NCBI RefSeq assembly: GCF_018977255.1
Contig: NW_024704743.1
Span: 103,108,001-103,172,000 of the forward strand
DNA: 64,000 bases
DNA from: Callorhinchus milii
Taxonomy: Eukaryota
Direction: 5' to 3'
The notes beneath the pieces were generated by a model. That model saw only the letters and a list, made by a program, of their open reading frames with translations, had not been told where the DNA came from and made no database searches. This document shows positions 49,241 to 62,205 of this stretch, one piece after another. The translations under genes and the position numbers were made by a program. Position 1 is the first letter of the stretch; the number at the start of each line of letters is the position of its first letter.

Positions 49241-51734
49241 TGAAAAACATAAACATTGAGGATTGATAGGGCTGCATTCAGAGGGGATTCAGTTAATCTG
49301 ATAATTATTTGCATTGAAAGCAGGAAATGGTGCCTGCAAATCAGTGTATTAAGTATTGCCCCATCCACCCTGCCAAACATTGCCTGGATGAGTCAACTTG
49401 TTAATAGCCTCCAAAGGTTGAATAATGTAATGCCCAAAATAAATAGAATTTTTAACAGAAAGTAAACTCGAATTTTGGTAGATCATAAACCAATTATTGG
49501 AGACTTGTACGGAGTTTAAACACGTGAAATAATTGAGCTGAATGGCCTGTTTCTGTGCTGGTCAATCCATGTATTTAAATCTCTATAAACATCTTGACTG
49601 AACTTTTCATAATATTGCGTATTCCCATGTTTTTCATCTAGTAGGAGCAATTTTGGTGCTATTATTTTGACACAGATTTGTGTTCATAGTGGGTTATTTT
49701 TTACCCCCATAAGCAAACCTGGGAGAGGGGAAGATGTCCGAAAGTGTATTTGAAATGGCAAATCATAAAATCTGTAGAATTGAGGGAAATTCTTAAATGT
49801 GTTCATATCCGGAAACCAGTTGTTCGCAGATGTTAAAAAGAAACAGTTTCCAAATTAAAACTTAGTTTATGAATGTCACACAACCTTATGTGATGAAACA
49901 AAATATTCTGACTGCCTAAGATGGCGTGGAATGTCAGGCTTCTTGTGCAGTATATAGTTCTCCCATGCCAGTTAGCATACGGTTCCAAACTGCAGAGCTC
50001 ACTACCACTAGATCACTTAGCAACAGACTCCACCCAGCAGTCAATGCAGTTTAGAGACAAGTCAATCTGGATCACGTCGTGACCCAGAGCGAGACTGGAG
50101 GTGAACAATCTAAACATAGCATTGCTTTAAGGCAAAAATTGTCACTCTGTCCTTTTCTGCTCATGTGGTTGTGTGAACTCATGCAGCTCACAGCAACATA
50201 CGATTCAGAAATAGTCAAAACCTCCAAGATTTGGGCCTGTAATTTAATTGTAAGATTCTTTGCATGTAGCAGCTGTCACAAATATCTTGTCTCTCATTTC
50301 CTTAAGGCATTCAGAAGAAGGTTGCAGGCCCTTTGAGGGGTGTGTTCAATAAAGTAAATGAATGCTGTCATTTCAATGCGCACCATTTACCTGCGAACCA
50401 CATGTTAGCATTTCACTGTCTAAATAAAATCTATGTGACTAAATTTAGACTTCAATACACATGGGCTCTGATAAAGCTGTCTCTCCCTTAATCTGAAACA
50501 ATACTCCCTCTCACTACCCCCCCCCCCACCCCCCACCCCCCCCCCCCCCACACACACACACACAGATACACTTGTCTCCAATTCATCCCCCAGTTTTCCA
50601 TGGAAGTGATAGAATTTACCAAGGGGAAGTTGAAAGAGACCTGGAGTGTTATTTGACTTGTCCATTAAGGTATCAAAGCAGTGCAAGCCAACAATAAACA
50701 AGGCAACATGAAGCTGAGCTATATTGCCAAAAAACGTTGAGTTTAGATCCCCTGGAGTCATGCCTTAAGAACAGCACACAAGTTGGTATTAAACACTGAA
50801 AATCAGTTTCAATTCTGCAAATTTTGTTGTTTTTTGACAATGGAAGAAACGCGAAGAAATTGCTTCCAGTAATTCAACAAATCAAAGCAGGAAACCAGAT
50901 TTATTTTAACTATTTTGAATTTCTCATCTGGGCCTTAAGACAGCATGCTTAATTAAGTGTAGTGCATAGCTATACAAAACTGCAATAAACAATGGTTAAT
51001 TTAAAGTTATTAAAGAATTGGAAGCTCAGTTGACTCTCATAATTAATTAACTTCCAAAAACTTAAAACTTTTTTAAAAAAATATTTAAAAGATCATGGGA
51101 ATCGGTTATAGTAAAACAGGAGAAGCGACAATTAAAGAATCAATTCGACATTCAACGATAAAGAGTAAGAGTAAAGACCTAGCAAGGAAAAACACATACA
51201 TTTGGGTAAAGAAAGTAATTTCAATGTGTGAAATGTATCAGAAAACAACCTGGCAGCATATTTTACAAAACAGTCACTTCACAACATATCTAGTTGTTAC
51301 ATAATTCTAATATAGTTCCCTTATTTAAACAGTTCACAAGCCTCACACCTTGTTTGCACTTGCAAATATTTCAATTTATGGTTTTACACAGCAGCACGAC
51401 TGTGATATATGTTGCGTTCTGATTTCTGCATTAATCACCCTTTTTTAGTGAGGGTAGAAATCTGTTTTAGACAGATGGAACACTCATTCTGCAGCTGTGC
51501 TTCTGATGACACTGAACGCAGGCACTAGGATAATATTTATCCACAGTCTGTAAACCCCGACATCTTTCTGAAGATTTTAATGCTTGATTGGCTCTTTAAT
51601 AATGGTTACAGCCTCTTTTTTTGGTCAACCGGGTGTCTAACACATGCGGAAACTCATCACCATGTTTAAGTGCATCCAAACCAAGCTGAGATTTCCATGC
51701 ATCCCACCTACAGATGGAAATGACAGAGATTATT

Positions 51735-52130
51735 GGAATGGAATGCGCACTCTCTCCCTGGAGGAATGCATTCTACTTACCCATTTTCTGTAAAGTATTA
51801 GGCACAGGTTGGCAAGAGCCAAGGCTTGAGGACCCCAGAGTGTGCGTTTGGGTACTGCTGGAGCCTAACCACTAAAATTGTATAGCTTGCCAATGATATT
51901 GCTGTCCAGCAAGCTTTTTCACTGCTTGTCCAGCTGGGACAACCCTACCCATTAGGGCTTTGGCTTGCAGGGTTAACAGGAGCTGAGTGAGATGACTCCC
52001 TTCCCCCAGTGACTCTGTTCAGGCGAATTTGCGAATGATAAAATCCCTCCATGGCCTGGCCTCAGCTGCAGAGGGTCACAGAAATCCTACTTCTGTGACC
52101 CTCTGCAACCATATTGACTCAGACCCTCCC
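51735..52130. repeat. Unclassified interspersed repeat, copy 2, possibly an old minus-strand SINE
   Basis: Similar to 48750-49240; followed by a perfect 17-bp hairpin at 52067-52107. Confidence 0.7.
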
Positions 52131-53924
52131 TGTGTTCAGCCAGCAGAGGCCAGCTTTTTATCTTCCACCCAATGTGCTCAAATTTTCAACCATTCTTGCC
52201 CTGCTCTCTGGAACTCCTCCTGATTTTACCTCTTGCTAAACATCTCTGGAAAGAGATAAAACAAACATAGAAAAAATGCATTTGTGTCCATCTTCTTCCA
52301 GGCTATTGCCCGAGTTCCAACTTTTAGAATGTGATTGGAAAATCCACTCAAGTCACAACTTCAATTGTTTAATGAAGCAGCAATGTTTTCATTTAGTATT
52401 GCCATCAACATTGTTACTATTACTTAAAAGCACAACATCACCTCACTCATACCTTGTATTTGAGATAGCGCTTGATCACACCTTCGAGGTCTCAAAGCTC
52501 TTCACAGGATGAGATGTTAAAACAAGATTCCATCTGTCTATTCAGATGGAAGATCTCATGGTATTATTCAAAACTCAATATAATGCTGGTTTCCTAGCCA
52601 ATAACCTCCAGATATATATTTTAAAAAGTCAGTTCATCAAGGTACTATGGTTTTGCTGATTCAAATTAGCAGCTGTGTTTACTTATAAATAAACACTGAA
52701 TTTTTCAGAAATCTCTGTGAATCACTCTAACCTAAAGTGCCACATCAAATATAAGAATTATTATTAGAACTTCTGTACAACAGCACGCATCATAAATAAC
52801 GGGAATCCATAAATAGCATAAATAGCTAGAATGCAAGGCAAATATCAGGAGACAGCAAGTGACAGATACCTTTCTTTTTGGAATTGTAGCAATACAAGAT
52901 TAGATGTTGAAAAACACAATGTCTGTGCGTTTGTTTTTACTTGATTTAAAAGTGTTTACAATTAAATCAATATCTGGTGATAGACATCTTGTGTTGTAAT
53001 GCGTCTTTGAGTTAGATAACAAGATATGCTCTAAGATGGATTTTCTTCTCACCATTGCTTCCTCAAACAACTCTAAAAGCCTAAGGGGTTTCAGTGTTAA
53101 AAGTTAACTCTAAAACCTAGACAAAATATTGTGTATGCATAAGGCAATCTGATGACCTGGCAACCCAAAAGCAATCATTTTCTGCATGTATGAAAGCGAA
53201 CACACACCAAAAAACAATTATGGGTCCATAAGGAACCCACTTTACAAGTGAACCTGCCTTATAAAGCACCCATTTTTAAAGGGATTTTATTGCAGTAAAC
53301 ATTTTGAGGGCTGAAAAAGACAGGCTGTAACAGTTTTCAGCTACTTAAAGAAGCCAAAACTAGAGCTTGAGATTCAGTTTCACTTCTTCTGAATTCTGCC
53401 AAGTAGTCTAATAAGATTTACAGAACAACACTTAAAGTAATTAGTGCTTTAAGAAAAAATGACTGCAAAATATTATTGGTAAGTCTCACTTGACACGTTT
53501 CAAATTTACATAATCAGCTATGTACCAACTAGCCCAGTCTTAGGGTTCAGCCAAATAAGATGGCATGCATGTTAATTCGAAATAAGACTGAAAGATAATG
53601 TGGTCACACCAATATTCATTCATTGACATGTTTAGTTTCTTGATAGCAGCAGTAAGGTGTGATCATTTTTTCTTCAGTGAATATTTATATAACAAATGCT
53701 CTTATTTCGGATAAATATTTGGACAAGTTTGAATCTTAGATTGAAAAAACCATCAGAAAAATTAAAAATTCACCTGACTTCAAATTTGAATCTATAATTT
53801 GAGCATCAATCCAACATTAACACACTGAGATGTCGGATATAACTTACTGTGCGATTCATTTCTCTTAAGTAATGTACTAGCTGGTTCTGGGTGAAATGCT
53901 TTTCTAAGACTATAATAATAATAA

Positions 53925-54665
53925 ATAGAATAAATAATAAATTGCATTTGATATAGCACCTAATAACATCTTCGAGACGTCTCAAAGCGCTTCACAGAAT
54001 ATGTGCTTCGGGACGCTACCTCGTGTGAAGGGCGCTATACAAATGCAAGGTTTGTTGTTGTTTTGCCCACAAATATACAGTCAATTCATCTTACAGTGTG
54101 TTCTGTGAAGCGCTTTGGGACGTCCTCCCGACGTGAAAAGCGCTATATCAAATGCAAGGATTATTATTATTATTATTTACAGTCTATTCTGTGAAGCGTT
54201 TTGAGACGATTAGAAGATGTGAAAAGCGATATATCAAATGCAAGGATTATTATTATTATTATACTATACAAATATATAAAACAATAATAAATTGGTCATT
54301 TTTCAATCCACGACTGTTTGTGGGACACTGCTGTGCGCAATTGGCTGCCGCATTTCGCCCACAAACATATGTTCAATTCACTTTACAGTCTATTTTGTGA
54401 AGCGCTTTGAGATGGTGAGAAGATGTGTAAAGCGCTATATCAAATGCAAGGATTATTATTATTATTATTAAATATGGAGTGTGAATTGACTGTATATTTT
54501 ATGGGCAAAACACAGCTGCCAATTGCGCACAGCAGTGACCCACAAACAGTCGTGCATTGCGTGACCAAATTATTAGTATTTTTATCAATCGACTAACAAC
54601 TGGGTTCCTATTTACTGCTAGGTAAACAGAGTAAGGAAACTTGCCTAACGTTTCGTCCTGCCTGT
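53925..54665 (-). mobile_element. SINE family A, long variant, headless; host of the tail concatemer
   Basis: Tail 53925-54003; the body resumes at 54477 (gtgaattgactgtatattt...gggttcctatttactgctaggtaaacagag). Confidence 0.87.
54004..54470 (+). mobile_element. Concatemer of one L2-type tail and three SINE A 3' ends
   Basis: Four successive aaatgcaagg + simple-repeat tails ending at about 54061, 54176, 54262 and 54470, flanked by AATATG (53998-54003 / 54471-54476). Confidence 0.88.
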
Positions 54666-55320
54666 GAATATACATATATATATATATATATATATAGAAG
54701 CTTCTCGTAGGAAGGAGCATTTGAAAGAATGGCAGATGACAGAGATTTCATGGAATCCTGGCCAACAATCCCACAGATAAAATTGGTTAGTCACTTCATG
54801 GCTGTTTGTGGTGCATTGCTGTACACAAATCATTAAACTTTACCTTAATTCCTGTGAAGCATTTTGAGAATTCTTGATAATGTTATACCGCCCCACATCA
54901 AATTGAATGATTATTATAATAACATTGCAAAAATGGTTTCCAGCAATCATATGCATATGATATTTAAGGTCCAAAAATCTGAAAGCATTCTTTAGAAAAT
55001 ATCTCTTCTATCGTGACAGCAAGTATTCCAAAGCTTTGGGCTTTATAGGGATTCTGATCTTTCTATGAAATAAATTTGCACACAAATTCTAGCATTGATC
55101 ATTTTGTTTTTAGAAAACAAGATGTAGTAGAACAGCAAAGGCCTTATGGAAGTTGAATCTGAATGGAATTTTCTGCTACTGGGATGAGTTGATCTGAGGC
55201 TAGATGCCAAACTCATTTTGTTTAGGACTATAAGAGAAACTTTCCTTTCAATGGGTCCTGCTGGTTTTCCAACATCAATCCATTATCCAATTTTTAAAGA
55301 TGACCACAAGGCAGCACCCA

Positions 55321-56083
55321 AAATAATAATAATAATCCTTGCATTTGATATTGTGACTTATGGCGTCATTGAGACTTCTCAAAGTGTTTCACAGAATATA
55401 TTGTAAAATGGATTGAAACGCAGAGGCAATTGCGCACAAAAAGTCATGGAGTCATTGAAGCATACAGCACAGAAGAAGGCCTTTCGGCCCATTGTGTCTG
55501 TACCGGCTCTTTGAAAAGAGCTATCCAATTCAATCCCACTCCCTCACTTTCTCCCCATAGCCATACAAACTTGTCCTCCCAAAATAATTATTTACTTCTC
55601 TCTTAAAAGTTGTTATCGAATCAGCTTTAACCACCCTTTCAGGCAATGCATTCCAGATCCGAATAACTCGCTGTGTGAAAAAATTTCTCCTCACCTCCCC
55701 TGTGTTTCGTTCAACAAATATTTGAAATCGGACCCTCATTTCTGGTATCATCCTGGTAAATCTCCTTTGCACCCTCTCCAATGCCTTGACATCCCTCCTA
55801 AAGTGTGATGCCCAGAACTGAATACAGTACTCTAGCTGAGGCTTAACCAGTGTTTTATAAAAGTTTATCATAACTTCACTGAATGACCATAATTTATTAT
55901 TATTTTTGGAGGGATTATTACCTCCAGAAAACGATCTGCCAACAACCAGGTTCCAAGTAACTGCTAAGTGAACAGAGTCGTGTAAAGTAAGGAAACTTGC
56001 CTAAGATTTTGCCCTGCCTGGGAATTGAACCAAGATCCTCCACTCGCAAGGCAAGCACGCTAACCACTTCAATCTGTGACTCC
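55321..56083 (-). mobile_element. SINE family A, long variant, split by a CR1
   Basis: Tail 55321-55449; resumes at ~55879 (tgaatgacc...gtaaggaaacttgcc...gactcc). Confidence 0.85.
55450..55878 (-). mobile_element. CR1 3' end with internal deletion
   Basis: YKTLVKPQLEYCIQFW...QRRFTRMIPEMR joined directly to FQI..GEVRRNFFTQRVIRIWNALPE, then the 3'UTR. Confidence 0.9.
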
Positions 56084-56237
56084 ACCTATTCTTAAATGTG
56101 TTATTCTGAAAGCATTGCTCAAGGTTTCTAGTTGCACAGAATACATTGCTTGATTCAGATCTCTTATGTAAACTGCACCTTAGCTGCAATATATATTAAA
56201 TAATGTCAGGCATTAGCCTGGCTCAGTTGTCATCACC

Positions 56238-56928
56238 TCTGGAACATCGCCAGACTACGGCATTACCTCACCCCTCACGCTCCTGAAACCCTGGTTCACG
56301 CCTTTGTCACCTCAAGGCTGGACTATGGGAACTCTCTCCTCGCCGGCCTTCCCGCCACCTCCCTCCACAAGCTGCAGGTCATTCAGAACTCTGCAGCTCG
56401 TGTACTGTCCCGCACCAGGCTTTGGGACCACATCACTCCCACCCTCGCTCGCCTCCACTGGCTCCCCATCCCCCAGAGGATTGATTTCAAGATCCTCATC
56501 CTCACCTACAAGGCCATTCACGGCCTTGCTCCCTCCTACCTCTCCAACCTACTATCCCCCTACCTACCTGCCCGTACCCTCCGTTCCTCCGGCTCCGGTC
56601 TGCTCCACGTCCCCCGCCCCAATCGCCCTACCATCGGTGGTCGGGCCTTCAGCCTCTCAGCCCCGAGGCTCTGGAACTCTATCCCCCAATGCCTTCGCCT
56701 TGCTTCCTCCCTCTCCTCCTTCAAGGCCGGTCTCAAAACCTTTCTCTTTGACCGAGCCTTCAGCTCCCCTCTCGACTCTCTTCCCCCTCCTCGCTCCCTC
56801 CCTTCCCTCCCCTCACCCTGACCATTTCCCCCCTGCTCGGGTCATGACCCAACTGTGCAGCGCCTTGGGACGTCCTCCTGACATGAAACGCGCTTTATAA
56901 ATGGAATCTTGTTGTTGTTGTTGTTGTT
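56238..56928 (+). mobile_element. Young L2-A 3' end (~690 bp), inserted in the head of a family S SINE (56216-57000)
   Basis: Near-identical to the reverse complement of 24180-24920; (GTT)n tail; 12-bp TSD GTTGTCATCACC (56226-56237 / 56929-56940). Confidence 0.96.
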
Positions 56929-57724
56929 GTTGTCATCACCCTCGTCTCCCAGTTAACAGTTTGTGCGTTCAAGTCCCGCATCAGAACTTTGAACTAATTT
57001 AAACCACCTTATCCATTCGGGCTTTGGCTTAACAAGAGAGGGAAGAGTTCCTGCCATCAGTGACTGGTCTGTGCTTCCAAGTCCTGCTGATAAGCAAAGG
57101 CTGGCTGGTGTATCATCACCAGTGCCTTGGAGCACTGCAGACCCGCTTGGTTCAAGATCCAGTCTACTAAAATCACCACTGAGAATTGACTCGATTCTGA
57201 TATAAAGTTGCTAAACGCATCATCTTTTGTAGACAGTTCAGCTGCAAAGAAACCCTGCTTAACAGTACCCCCACACCCCCAAGGAAGGATAGTATTAAAC
57301 CTGAAATTGCTAGTAATCTATTGTTTTGAAAAAGAGAGAGACAATTGGAATCTATTGAATAAGAGATTTCTTATTCGGAAATAACATATTTTCTAGGGTC
57401 CAAATAATACAGAAAGCAAAAAGCACAGCATTACTCTTATGACTCTATGAGTACATGACGTACAATATCCAAACAAAGATGTTCATAGAAGTGCTGAAAG
57501 ATCATTAGTGATTGAAGACAATGTCAAAATGAATTTGCCTGATGTCATATTGCCTATACCTAGCATGAGCAGTCAAATACAGCTGATCACACACATAACA
57601 CAGACATCCTTAGGAAACATTAGCATGATCTCACATCCTTACTTTCCAGCTTGGCTAAGCAAATGCCATTTTAGAAGAACTGGGCCCTTCAGTGATTTGT
57701 CATACTGCCTCTAGAATAACAGTG

Positions 57725-58126
57725 ATTTCACACCGGGACAACATCTCAAAAGCTTTGCAGGAATTTACTATGAAGTGTCGTCACTGCATTTTAATCGGCA
57801 AATAAGGCAGCCAATTTCCATGCAGTAATGTTCCACAAACAGCCACAAAATGAATGAACAATTTTGTGTATCTGGGGGATTGCTGTCCAAGACATCAGGA
57901 TAAACTCCCTTCTCCTCTTGAATAGTAACATGGGACCTTTAATGTTCACATGAACAGACAGATGGGACCTGAGTTTAGTATGTCATCCTAAGGGGGGTAC
58001 ATCCAACCATGCAGCGATTACCCCAGTATTGGAGTGTCAGTCTAGTGAGCTCAAAGATCTGACATAGAACTTGAATCCATAACCTTCTAAATAGGAGGTG
58101 AAAGTGCCACCGAATGAGCCAGGTTG
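57725..58126 (-). mobile_element. SINE family S, full length, degraded
   Basis: ggcagccaatt, catgggacctttaatgttcac and cttgaatccataaccttct...gagccaggt head on the minus strand. Confidence 0.83.
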
Positions 58127-59369
58127 AAACCTAAATCAATCCGTACGTACTTTGCATTCTTGCACACATATTTATTTTAAGCTTTACCCAGCACACACAG
58201 CCACTTCAAATCTGGCATCAGATTCTTGACTATGGAGGCTCCAATCCAGGAATGCATCCTTCCTGCACATGCATAGCGTAATGCTTTTACATGATATAAA
58301 GAATGTTTAGTACTTTGAAGCAAGAGTTAGCATCTTCAGGAGAACAAAGCACTACATAGGGTACATATATAATGAATTTACAGAGCCCCAGGTGGACTCT
58401 GGATATAATACTGTCCTGAAAGTGATTTTACTCAAGGGAGTTTAATATAGCAAGCAACCTTTTTGTAGAGGTAGTCCTATGCTGATAGTGATCAGCATCC
58501 AATGCCTTTATACTGTAGTCGTTATCTAATGTTTTTCTCTGAACAGTCAGACATTAAACGCTTAAAAATAAATGCAGGTGGCCTGCTCCATCACCTTATC
58601 ATATTGAACGACAAAAATAAGCCTGCTAGCTCTTTCTCAATCACTGGAAATCTTATCAGCAGGTAACGGCAGGAGTAGAGTTTCATGCCTGAATTTGAGT
58701 ATCTGTGCACACAGCTTTATTTCTCACAAAGAATAAAACTTGCCTGTCAAAAATTCCACATCTGATGCGATAATTATCACCGGTCAAGCCAATCAATGAT
58801 GTCCAGCAACAACGATGACAACCAATAGCAACTTCAGTAACCATAATAGTGAAAGCATCTGACCAGTTTGGGGCCTCACTATTTTGCTATAGTACGGGGG
58901 AGGAGGGTTCTTTCCCTTGTTGGATAACCTTTAAGAAAATAAGGACCAATTAACTAGAACTGATGAAAGGGGATCAGGAGGGAGGAAGCAGGGAGAACTG
59001 ACTCAAGGGGTTTTGGTTGGATTGTTTGAATTGTAACGTTTGAGCTGAGAATAAAATAGTTTTCTACACATAGAGCGTTGAAAACATAACATCCCTGACA
59101 TCCATGGGCAAAGCTCAAACACTAGAATCATAGATATTTATAGCACAGAAGAAGTCCATTGGTGTCTGTGTTGGATCTTGCAAAGAGAAATCCAGCCTTT
59201 ACCCGATACCATTGTAATTTACTCTTTTTTGGATATCTATCTAGTTTCCCTTTGAAAGCAAATATGGATTCTGCCTCAAACATCACTCCTCACAGAGTAT
59301 TTCATATCCTAACCACTTGGTTCGTGAAAAAGATTCTCCCGACTTCCCCATTTACTCATATGCTAACTA

Positions 59370-59580
59370 ATAATAAGAATAATAATCCTTGCATTTGATA
59401 TAGCATCTCATCGGGTCTTCGGGACATCTCAAAGTGCTTCACAGAATAAAGTATAAAGTGAATTGACTACATTTTCTGCGCAAAACGTGGCAATCAATTG
59501 CGTACAGCATTGTCCCACAAACAGTCGTGGATTTAGTGATCACATTTTTTTATTCAGTTGTGAAGAAATTATTACCCCCT
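59370..59580 (-). mobile_element. SINE family A 3' half, next to a degraded CR1 3' end (59122-59345, minus)
   Basis: aataataatccttgcatttgatatagc...tgtcccacaaacagtcgtgg; upstream atcatagatatttatagcacagaag CR1 tail. Confidence 0.8.
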
Positions 59581-60889
59581 CTTTATTTACACTATTAAAG
59601 GGCAATCATTATAATGAGGTATCAGAGGGCAACTGGTATTGCTTGGAAACTTGGAGTAAAGGACATTGCCTTGAGCTAACTGTCTAATGGGTTCGCTCAC
59701 AAATTACTATATTTTACAATATATCCTGTGAAGCGCTTTGAAGGGCTTCTTCATCCAAACCATTTTGGTGAAAATCTCTGAATGATGGTTTCCATTATTT
59801 GTCAAAATGTAATGAGGCTTCATTACTAAAAGGCTGCAATTTGGTTTTGTGAGCAGCACATGTGTTATTAACCTGAGAGAGGTTTTTCTTCCCTCTGGTG
59901 TTCAAACCAAATTTGGCTCAATTTTTCTCCCTGCTGCAGAAATACAAATTGTATTTCCACCAGCACAATGCTATATAACTATTCCTCTCCTCACTTGCAA
60001 AGCTAATTACATCTGAGTTATACACAATTTTCAGCTTAATACACTTTAATACGTTTTATTTCACCGTACCGGCGATGAATAGTGCTAGCTGGCCTGAAGC
60101 TTGTCCACCATCCCCTGAAGACTTTTCCACACTCTTCTGATATTAGGCAATGAATACTGTAATTGCTGACATGATGCAGGGCTCAGCATTAAGCCATGGT
60201 ATTAGCTGCATTAAAGTTAATTACAATTCAAATGGCCTTAGACCATGAAGAGAAGTGGAATACAATTCCATTCAATAACCCAGGATAAGGGTTATATATA
60301 AGGGACATAGTGTGTATTGCATCAGAGTTCAAATCATTATAAGTAAAGCGTGTAAGCTGCATGACCGACCCTGCTCTTAAAACCTGCCTCTTCATTTTTA
60401 TTTTCACAAAAAGGAATTAAATGTGAGATTTGCAAACCACTGCTTAATTGTCCCTGCTTAATTATGATTTTGAGACAGCAGCAGAAATTGTAGAATTCTT
60501 TAACAAGACATTTGCCAAAATATAATGTTAATTATCAAGAAATAATAATTAAGAAATAACATTTTGATTTGTGACCTTCTGTTGGATAACCTTGAGCATT
60601 TTTTTGACTGAGAAAAATCCCAAATGTAACATGTGAGCCACGTTGATAAACAGGAAAATGCAATGAACAAGCAAATTTGAGCTGAATACATCATTGTTTC
60701 AAAAAGTTACCAAAAACACGATTGGCTGCATGTCTTTCTTCTGTGCTGTAAATTTCTATAGTTCTATTCTTCTAACTTACAGATTGCAAATGCTGTCATT
60801 AGACAGCAATGTAAAGAATATGGGAGAGCTTTTGTTCTCTTTTCTGAGACCTTTACACTGCACAGTGGTTTATCATTGTACACACACAG

Positions 60890-61270
60890 TCCAGGCTGAC
60901 ACTCCAAACACAATGTTGGCAGTGCACTGTATTGCTGGAGGCACCATAACAACAACCATTTATATCACACCCCTCACACAAGATAGCATCCCAGAGAGCC
61001 TCAGAGCCAGACTTCAGATGAGATGTTAATTGGTGGTCCCATCAGCCTGTCCAGGTAGATGCTAAAGATTCCATGACACTATTTGAAATAAGGAGGGAGT
61101 TTCTCTAGGTATCCTCAAATTTGATCATATACTTCATGAGACACTGTTGTGTGACAAATGGCTGCTGAGTGTGCCTGCAAAATACACTGTTCTTTCTTTT
61201 GAAGTGCTTTGAGATGTCCTCCTGACATGAAAGACACTATATCAAATGCAAGGCTTCTTATTCTTATTAT
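60890..61270 (+). mobile_element. SINE family S, degraded, with a probable antisense L2-type tail at ~60948-61010
   Basis: caggctgacactcc...cttcagatgagatgttaa...ctaaagattccatgacactatttg body; the insert starts aacaacaaccatttatatcac. Confidence 0.7.
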
Positions 61271-61734
61271 TGCTAAGATCATAACCTTATGAACAGGCTC
61301 AGGGGTTTATTCGATTGTTCATTACAAGAACATCACAATGCTTGCATCTCAAGCTATAAAAATAGACAAAATACAAAAAGTACAAACAAGAGTATGATTT
61401 ACTAAACCCTTATGCACTGTATAACCTGAAACTATATTAATTATATTATATGCAGGAAGATATTTAACTCTGCCAAGAAGAGGTTTAAAGGGGATCTAAT
61501 GTGGGGGGAATCTTCAAAATTCTGAAAGGCTTTAAGAGTGAAAATTATTCCCTTTGCTTGGGAAAGTGATTATGAGATCAAAATTGTCATTGTAAGAGAC
61601 AAAGTGAGGGTTCATTCAGAGAGTTATCAAAATATGGAATTCTTGATCATGCTCGACTATTGAACCTGAGACCATTCATTTGAAAGGGAAATACTTGAGC
61701 ATTTGAAGAGGATGAATACAAAAGGGTACCATTA

Positions 61735-62205
61735 AAACAGCTTGCATTTTTATAACACCGCTCACATAGGATAAGGTGTCAGAGTGCTGAACAATGAGGG
61801 GCTCAGACACCGAGCAGGGGAGAACAGAGAGGAGGAAGGGGAGAGATGACCACGGGTTCTGAAGAAGTAAGTTTTAAGGTGGTATTTAAACACACAGAGA
61901 GAGGGGGCAAGACAAAGGAGTAGAGGGAGGGCGATCCAGAGGTTAGGGCCATAGCAGCTGAAGGCTCAGCCATTGATGGTGGTGTGGGGTGGTGGGGGGC
62001 AGATGCAGCAGGCCTCAACAGCTGAGCAGAGCAGCCAAGCAGAGGAATGAGTTAGGAGAGGATCACACAGATAGAGAGGTGCTGGGGCATGAACTAAGTT
62101 CGAGGACAATAAAGTGAATTTGTTGGGTGACAGGCAGTCAGTGGAGCCTGGCAGGGACTGGGGTGATGGGCTTGTGGAGTTTTGGATTAACTGGTTTATG
62201 GACAC
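61735..62205 (-). mobile_element. Old L2 3' end, degraded
   Basis: TTING..cagctgaaggctc motif, APLYLCDPL and a cttgcatttttataacacc tail. Confidence 0.75.

Noticed and set aside
50517..50562. C tracts plus (CA)n giving a poly-Gly ORF (50420-50761)
   Set aside because: Simple-sequence repeat next to a faint CR1 remnant; no coding evidence.
54062..54470. CRISPR-like or satellite array
   Set aside because: The units are unequal SINE 3' ends with TTA tails, there are no unique spacers or cas genes, and the context is eukaryotic.
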